Part shown: positions 57,168 to 64,000 of the stretch, one piece after another | How positions within the stretch are numbered: position 1 is the first letter of the stretch | How the letters are laid out: every line of letters starts with the position of its first letter | Assembly (NCBI GenBank): GCA_002269645.1 | Contig: NIVC01003228.1 | Coordinates: 1 to 64,000 of the forward strand | DNA: 64,000 nt | Reading direction: 5' to 3' | From: Macrostomum lignano | Taxonomy: Eukaryota | Program-made: the position numbers and the translations under genes | The notes under the pieces: model-generated | The model's database searches: none | The model's input: the letters and a program-made list of their open reading frames with translations, nothing else | Told to the model about the DNA's origin: nothing

Positions 57168-60100
57168 TTACTGCAGTTTCAGGGTCACCCGGTGTAGCTC
57201 GGGCAGCAGGCGGACTCCGGGCACGGAGAAGATGGACGCCGCTGATGAGGTCGAAAATGAGAGACAGAAACTTTGTTTCTCTTGTGAGATAAAATTGAGA
57301 TCTGATAAAGTTTTTTGCTACGGATTTTTTGCACGCACCGGCAAAAGCGTGTCTGTGTACTTTAGTCACAGTAGTGCAGAGGTACAAGCGTGTCTGTGTA
57401 CTTTAGTCACAGTAGTGCAGAGGTACAAGCGTGTCTGTGTACTTTAGTCACAGTAGTGCAGAGGTACAAGCGTGTCTGTGTACTTTAGTCACAGTAGTGC
57501 AGAGGTACAAGCGTGTCTGTGTACTTTAGTCACAGTAGTGCAGAGGCACAAGCGTGTCTGTGTACTTTTGTCACAATAGTGCAGAGGCACAAGCGCAAGC
57601 TTTAGCTGGTACAAGAGCACGGGAAAAACTGCTAAGCTCTGGCAAAAGCGCGAAATTTTGCATGTTTATTTCTCCTCAGACTCGTCATCATGCCGTGCTC
57701 AGTCAGTCTCAGCCCGCCTGTAACTATGTAACACCTCTAACTATGCACTTCTGTCATTGTGCACCTCTGTCACTGCGCACCTCCGTCACTATGCATGTCA
57801 TTGTGCACCTCTGTCACTGCGCACCTCCGTCACTATGCATGTCATTGTGCACCTCTGTCACGGTGGGAAACGGTGCACCTCTGTCACTATGCACCTCAGC
57901 CGCTACTTAAAAATGTACTGCAAAACAATGAGCTCCCGTCTCGGCAATGCCCTTTTCAGAAAATTCTAGCTTTCAATTAAACTTTCTTTAACTTTGAAGT
58001 GCTTATTGACTACCAGCGGTCCTTGTCGCGGTGAAATCAAGAGAGCAGTGCCCAGTGCTCACCGGGGTCCAGGCACACCAGCTCTGCCGGCAGGCTGTGA
58101 AAGAAGGCGTGTCGAAGCGCGGCCGCCGCCGTCAGCCGCCTCTGCGGCCGCAGCTGCAGGCAGGCCAGTGCCAGGGCCTCGGCATGCGCCACGGATTGAA
58201 GCCGCGGTGCCGACTGCCGCAGGCGGTGGGCCACCCGGGCGTCCGGGGCGGACTGCTCCGGCCGGCCCGTCACCTGAGTATCAGGGGTCAAGTCCGGTTA
58301 AGACAAGTCCAAGGACTTTCTCTCTTAGGTCCAAGTTCTAATCAACGAGACTAAAGTCAGGCCGGGTCAGGCCGGGTCAGGCCGGGTCAGGCCGGGTCAG
58401 GCCGGGTCAGGCCGGGTCAGGCCGGGTCAGGCCGGGTCAGGCCGGGTCAGGCCGGGTCAGGCCGGGTCAGGCCGGGTCAGGCCGGGTCAGGCCGGGTCAG
58501 GCCGGGTCAGGCCGGGTCAGGCCGGGTCAGGCCGGGTCAGGCCGGGTCAGGCCGGGTCAGGCCGGGTCAGGCCGGGTCAGGCCGGGTCAGGCCGGGTCAG
58601 GCCGGGTCAGGCCGGGTCAGGCCGGGTCAGGCCGGGTCAGGCCGGGTCAGGCCGGGTCAGGCCGGGTCAGGCCGGGTCAGGCCGGGTCAGGCCGGGTCAG
58701 GCCGGGTCAGGCCGGGTCAGGCCGGGTCAGGCCGGGTCAGGCCGGGTCAGGCCGGGTCAGGCCGGGTCAGGCCGGGTCAGGCCGGGTCAGGCCGGGTCAG
58801 GCCGGGTCAGGCCGGGTCAGGCCGGGTCAGGCCGGGTCAGGCCGGGTCAGGCCGGGTCAGGCCGGGTCAGGCCGGGTCAGGCCGGGTCAGGCCGGGTCAG
58901 GCCGGGTCAGGCCGGGTCAGGCCGGGTCAGGCCGGGTCAGGCCGGGTCAGGCCGGGTCAGGCCGGGTCAGGCCGGGTCAGGCCGGGTCAGGCCGGGTCAG
59001 GCCGGGTCAGGCCGGGTCAGGCCGGGTCAGGCCGGGTCAGGCCGGGTCAGGCCGGGTCAGGCCGGGTCAGGCCGGGTCAGGCCGGGTCAGGCCGGGTCAG
59101 GCCGGGTCAGGCCGGGTCAGGCCGGGTCAGGCCGGGTCAGGCCGGGTCAGGCCGGGTCAGGCCGGGTCAGGCCGGGTCAGGCCGGGTCAGTCCGGGTCAG
59201 GCCGGGTCAGGCCGGGTCAGGCCGGGTCAGGCCGGGTCAGGCCGGGTCAGGCCGGGTCAGGCCGGGTCAGGCCGGGTCAGGCCGGGTCAGGCCGGGTCAG
59301 GCCATACAATCAGCCTCCGTCATCGCAGCGCCTCACCCTGAAGATCTCCTCCAGCTGGTCCTCGGCGCTGTGCGCCCCCGGGAACAGAGCGGCCCCGGAC
59401 AGCATCTCGGCGTGGATGCAGCCGACGGCCCACATGTCCAGCGAGGCGGAGTATCGAGTGCCACCCAGCAGCACCTCGGGCGGACGATACCACAGCGTGA
59501 CGATCTCGGAGCTGTAGCTGCGGCTCGGCACCGTCTGAGCCCTGGCCAGGCCGAAGTCGGCCAGCTTGAGCTCCCCGATAGCCGAGATGAGGAGATTTTG
59601 CGGCTTCAAATCCCGGTGCAGTATGCGCCTGCGGTGGCAGAACTCGAGGCCTCGGAGCAGTTGGAATAAAAATAGCTAAGCAGGGAGGTCATCAGATTTT
59701 GGAGATTGATTTGGATTTAGATGTGTCAATAGATGCAGCAGGTCCCTGGGTGTGTATATAGATGCAGCAGGTCCCTGGGTGTGTCTATAGATGCAGCAGG
59801 TCCCTGGGTGTGTCTATAGATGCAGCAGGTCCCTGGGTGTGTCTATAGATGCAGCAGGTCCCTGGGTGTGTCTATAGATGCAGTAGGTCCCTAATACGAG
59901 TAGCTGTGTCGCTAGCTTGGATTATACAGACACTAGATCAGTCCTATGTCTATTTTTGTCTATTACAAAATGATAGTACAGTTAGGCCGTACCTTTGCGT
60001 TGTGGGCCCTGAGCCCTCCGGAGTGCTTCTCCAGGTATTTGCTGAGGTCCTGCGGCTGCATTCGTACAGTCGGGGTTGTGTTGTGTTGCTGCTTGCATTA

Positions 60101-60961
60101 ATTTGAGATTGTCAACAGGGCAATAAAGTTATTAAACCCACTCACCACGTATTCGAACACGAAGGTCAAATTCATCTCCGTGTGTATGATGTCGTGCAGT
60201 GTGACTATGTTTGCGTGCTTTAAGCCTTTCAGCAGGGAGGCTGGAATAAAAAAACCCCATAGTTCCTGAGACACTACTTGAGGCAGGCTCTAGCAAGTAG
60301 CAAATGCGGCGCGTTTTGCCTGTTTTTTCTCACCTTCCCTGATGGCAGTGAACGGAGCGCCCTCCTCGCGTTGCAGTCGAATGTCTTTCAGAGCCACGAT
60401 CGAGTTGTTCACTCTTGAATGCAAATGGGAGTGCAGATCACAATTATCGCTAACACATTACTAAGCTCCCGAGTTCGAGTCGGCGGCGCGGCCACTCTTG
60501 GATGGAGAATCATACAAGAGAGGTCAAGGGGTCATCTGCCCCATCCCGTGGAAATAAGGGGAGGGGTCACGTTTGCTGGAAAATTCACGCCTGCGGCGCT
60601 AAAAAAGCTAAAATATTATGGTCAGTGGGGCTCTTGCCGCCCCAGTCACCAGCCAAGGCAAAGCTTTCAGCGGGCACCCACCGAGACACGCCTTTAAAGA
60701 CGGTGGCGTAGCTGCCCTCGCCGAGCACCTCCAGCCGCTGGTACGAGTCCGACCTGCCGAATCCGCAGCACTCGCCGCCTCCGCAGTCAAGGGCGGACCT
60801 GGGTCGGCGGACGGCCGCAGTCTTCTGCTTCTGCGCGGCGGCATTGCTGCCTGAGGCAGCCTCGGGTGATGCCGGCTGAATGGTGACGGCTGACGCGGCT
60901 GCGGCTGCCACGCTGCCGGCTGAGCGGTGCCGGCGGAGCGGCTGGCCGAGGCGGGCGAAGG
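57168..60961 (-). CDS. CDK14: PFTAIRE-family cyclin-dependent kinase (CDK14/15, Eip63E-like), 7 coding exons identified, 5' end incomplete
   Basis: Exons: 60961-60682, 60413-60334, 60240-60146, 60055-59993, 59675-59337, 58273-58063, 57241-57168. All are GT-AG with consistent phases. Motifs: [57 protein letters not shown]. Candidate upstream exon at 63633-63495. Confidence 0.94.
57346..57597. repeat. 41-bp minisatellite in the last CDK intron
   Basis: GTGTCTGTGTACTTTAGTCACAGTAGTGCAGAGGTACAAGC, ~6 copies. Confidence 0.93.
58357..59303. repeat. 10-bp minisatellite (~94 copies) in a CDK intron
   Basis: (GCCGGGTCAG)n, almost perfect. Confidence 0.98.
59728..59892. repeat. 29-bp minisatellite in a CDK intron
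   Basis: ATAGATGCAGCAGGTCCCTGGGTGTGTCT in tandem. Confidence 0.92.
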
Positions 60962-61134
60962 CTGCGGTGAATTGAAGAGTTGTACACTGGGATTCCCGGA
61001 ATTTTCAGAGTGGATGCTACGGATTCCTAGGGATTCCCGGAATTTTCAGAGTGGATGCTACGGATTCCTAGGGATTCCATGAATTACGGATTCTTAGCCT
61101 TCTAGGGAATTCTCGGGCGATTTTTGAGCGGGGG

Positions 61135-61720
61135 TTCCCTTGATGATTCTTGACTGGGAATTTAATTCCCTTGATGATTCTTGACTGGGAATTTAATTCC
61201 CTTGATGATTCTTGACTGGGAATTCCCTTGAAGATTCTTGACTGGGGATTCCCTTGAAGATTCTTGACTGGGGATTTCCTGGATGATTATTGACTGGGGA
61301 TTCCCTTGTTGATTCTTGACTGGGGATTCCCTTGATGATTATTGACTGGGGATTCCCTTGTTGATTCTTGACTGGAGATTCCCCTGATGATTCTTGACTG
61401 GGGATTCCCTTGATGATTATTGACTGGGAATTCCCCTGATAATTATTGACTGGGGATTCCCCTGAAGATTCTTGACTAGGGATTCCCTTGATGATTCTTG
61501 ACTGGGGATTTCCTTGATGATTCTTGACTGGGAATTCCCTTGATGATTATTGACTGGGAATTCCCCTGATAATTATTGACTGAGGATTCCCCTGACGATT
61601 CTTGACTGGGGATTCACCCCATGCTTCTTGACTGGGAATTCCCTTGATGATTCTTGACTGGGGATTTCCTGGATGACTGCGGATTCCCATAGGAATTATT
61701 GATTGGGGATTCCCCTGTTG
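61135..61720. repeat. ~26-bp degenerate minisatellite upstream of CDK exon 60961
   Basis: GATTCTTGACTGGGGATTCCCTTGAT-like units. Confidence 0.9.
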
Positions 61721-62152
61721 ACTGGGTGGATTGATGGAAGTTCCTTGAGTGTATATCCTGGGAGTTATTCGTGTTGCTGAGTATTCAATGGCTGATTGTT
61801 CTTGTGATTCACTAGGTTAAGCTAGGTATTCCCTATTTGCCCCTGAAAATTGCCGCCATCGATTTTTGGAATCCCCTGGGTTATACAGTTCCAGAGCTTC
61901 CGTATCGATCATTTTAAAATTGCGTGAGCGAGAACAGCTGACATCTCTCGTACCGCAGCATATTGGGATTATTATAAGCTTTGGGATGCAGGCCTCGAGT
62001 GCACTGCAATCAATCAGGTGGCAGCAGCCGACGAAACAAGAAGGGACAGCAGGAAGCTCAGAAAGTTCCACTTCAATTCGGCAGCAGAAATTCGAGACTC
62101 AGATAGATTTGGATCATTTCCCGCCTGGCCAAGCTGAGGTCAGACTGCCCTC

Positions 62153-62400
<248 letters not shown>

Positions 62401-62434
62401 AACTCGCCGTGACCTAAAAAGCCACTTACTGATC

Positions 62435-63333
62435 ACTTACGTGACCTAAAAAGGATTGGCCACGTCCTACGGATGGAAGACGACAGACAAATAAGGTCAC
62501 TTACGTGACCTAAAAAGGATTGGCCACGTCCTACGGATGGAAGACGACAGACAAATAAAGCAAGCCGTATTAGGGTGGTACAGAGGCCTGGAAAGGATCC
62601 CTAAGCGCAAAAAACGGAAAAACAACACCATATCCTACTGGAAGCGCCTCATCCGGGAAGCCGGTATGGAACCGCAAGACATCGAACGCCACGTTCTAGA
62701 CAGGAAACACTGGCGGAACGTAGTACACCAGCGGACTGTACACCTACAAGAGTGGGAGAGAGTGCAAGGAAAAAAGGCCAAGACGGACAGTAACAACAGC
62801 CTGATCGAACGAAGTCAAGAACGGTACCACGTAAAAACGAACCCGAGAGAGGTTGGAGATGGCTTCAAATGCGAATACGAACTCTGCGGCAAAGTGTGTA
62901 AAAGCAAGGGCGGACTAACCATCCACCAAAAGAGGATGCATCGCGTGTTTAAAGAGCCGGTGAAATTCAGATGCCACAAATGCGACAAGGAGTTCCGACA
63001 GGAAGCGACCCTGGCAAACCATGAGAAGGTGTGCCAAGGCGAGACGGAAATAGATGCGTCAAGAGTAAAATGTCAGCAATGTGGAAGCACAATCGTAAAA
63101 TCGAACCTAGCGAGGCACAGAAAGACATGTAAAGAACAACACCACAATCCACCGGAGATGGAGGAGAACAAGAGAAGAGCAAGAAAATACCGAAGGAAGA
63201 CAGCAGAATGCGACAAGTGCGGAAGAACGTTATCGGCGACAAACATGGCGCGACACAAACGCACTTGCGGTGAAGCCTGACGCTGTTCACTCCACGCCGC
63301 AAGGCGATAAACGGAGAAGAAGAAGAAGAAGAA
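62435..63333 (+). mobile_element. 5'-truncated RTE-type non-LTR retrotransposon with C-terminal zinc fingers and a (GAA)6 tail
   Basis: RIGHVLRMEDDRQIKQAVLGW (RTE-like post-RT motif), four Cys/His fingers, stop at 63280, GAA tail at 63316-63333, flanked by duplicated target sequence. Confidence 0.82.
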
Positions 63334-63465
<132 letters not shown>

Positions 63466-63494
63466 AACTCGCCGTGACCTAAAAAGCCACTTAC

Positions 63495-63633
63495 TGATCC
63501 GCAGTCGTAGCAGCTGCTGCTGCCTCTCTGCAGCTCGTCCCACGTCGCCGCCTCCGCCTCTCCCCATAACCCGATGGCAGGAGCTGCGATCCGCTGAACG
63601 ACTTCGATTCGTGCCGATGCCGGCGGCCAGAGT
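63495..63633 (-). other. Candidate upstream exon of the CDK gene
   Basis: Strong acceptor TTGCACTTTCTCCAG and donor GTAAGT; end phase is compatible with exon 60961 in one frame; reading frame not certain. Confidence 0.45.
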
Positions 63634-64000
63634 CTGGAGAAAGTGCAAGCGGTCGGACTAAACAAAGTTCCCACCGTCGCCATCCAATTTGATTTGGATC
63701 AAATTGAAGCTTCCCAGCGCTTAAAGTGGATTTATTTTACAAAAAACTCCCAGACCCCCTGACGAGCGCCGCCACCACCAACAACTGCGGGCCACCGGAG
63801 CCTCTCGAGGCCACCCCCAGGGGAGCCGCCCGAATGCAAATGCATCTGGCGGGCCGAAAATCGCCCCAGGAGCGGGCACAGCGGGCGGCGGGGGAAGGGG
63901 AGAGACGGCCAGTTGCGAATGCCCGCCACCTTTTTCATATCGGACATGGCAACTGTTGCCATGGGGGGGGGGGGTCGCGGGCGGATAGACGATGAAAGTC

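Overview
Repeat-rich animal genomic DNA, most likely from a Macrostomum-type flatworm. This is inferred from the spliced-leader sequence, the spliceosomal introns packed with minisatellites and the TTAGGG repeats. Two multi-exon CMGC kinase genes lie on the minus strand: a class-2 DYRK (DYRK2/3-like, 11595-19137) and a PFTAIRE kinase (CDK14-like, 57168-60961 plus uncertain upstream exons). Between them are an intact 4.6-kb hAT transposon (TIRs, 8-bp TSD, intron, in-frame minisatellite) and a 1152-bp x ~8 tandem array whose unit carries both a 5S rRNA gene and a spliced-leader (SL) RNA gene. At the downstream end of that array the SL promoter leads into an unidentified ~300-nt structured segment ending in T7, which is the most interesting signal here. 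A dense field of transposon relics follows: Helitron-like RPA/SWIM/OTU exons, a Crypton tyrosine recombinase pseudogene, a TIR element carrying a Gypsy 3' end, an internally deleted Tc1/IS630 element with a related MITE, a THAP/P-element derivative and an RTE-type LINE 3' end. Most long ORFs in the supplied track are artefacts of tandem repeats. All coordinates were read by eye and no database searches were run.
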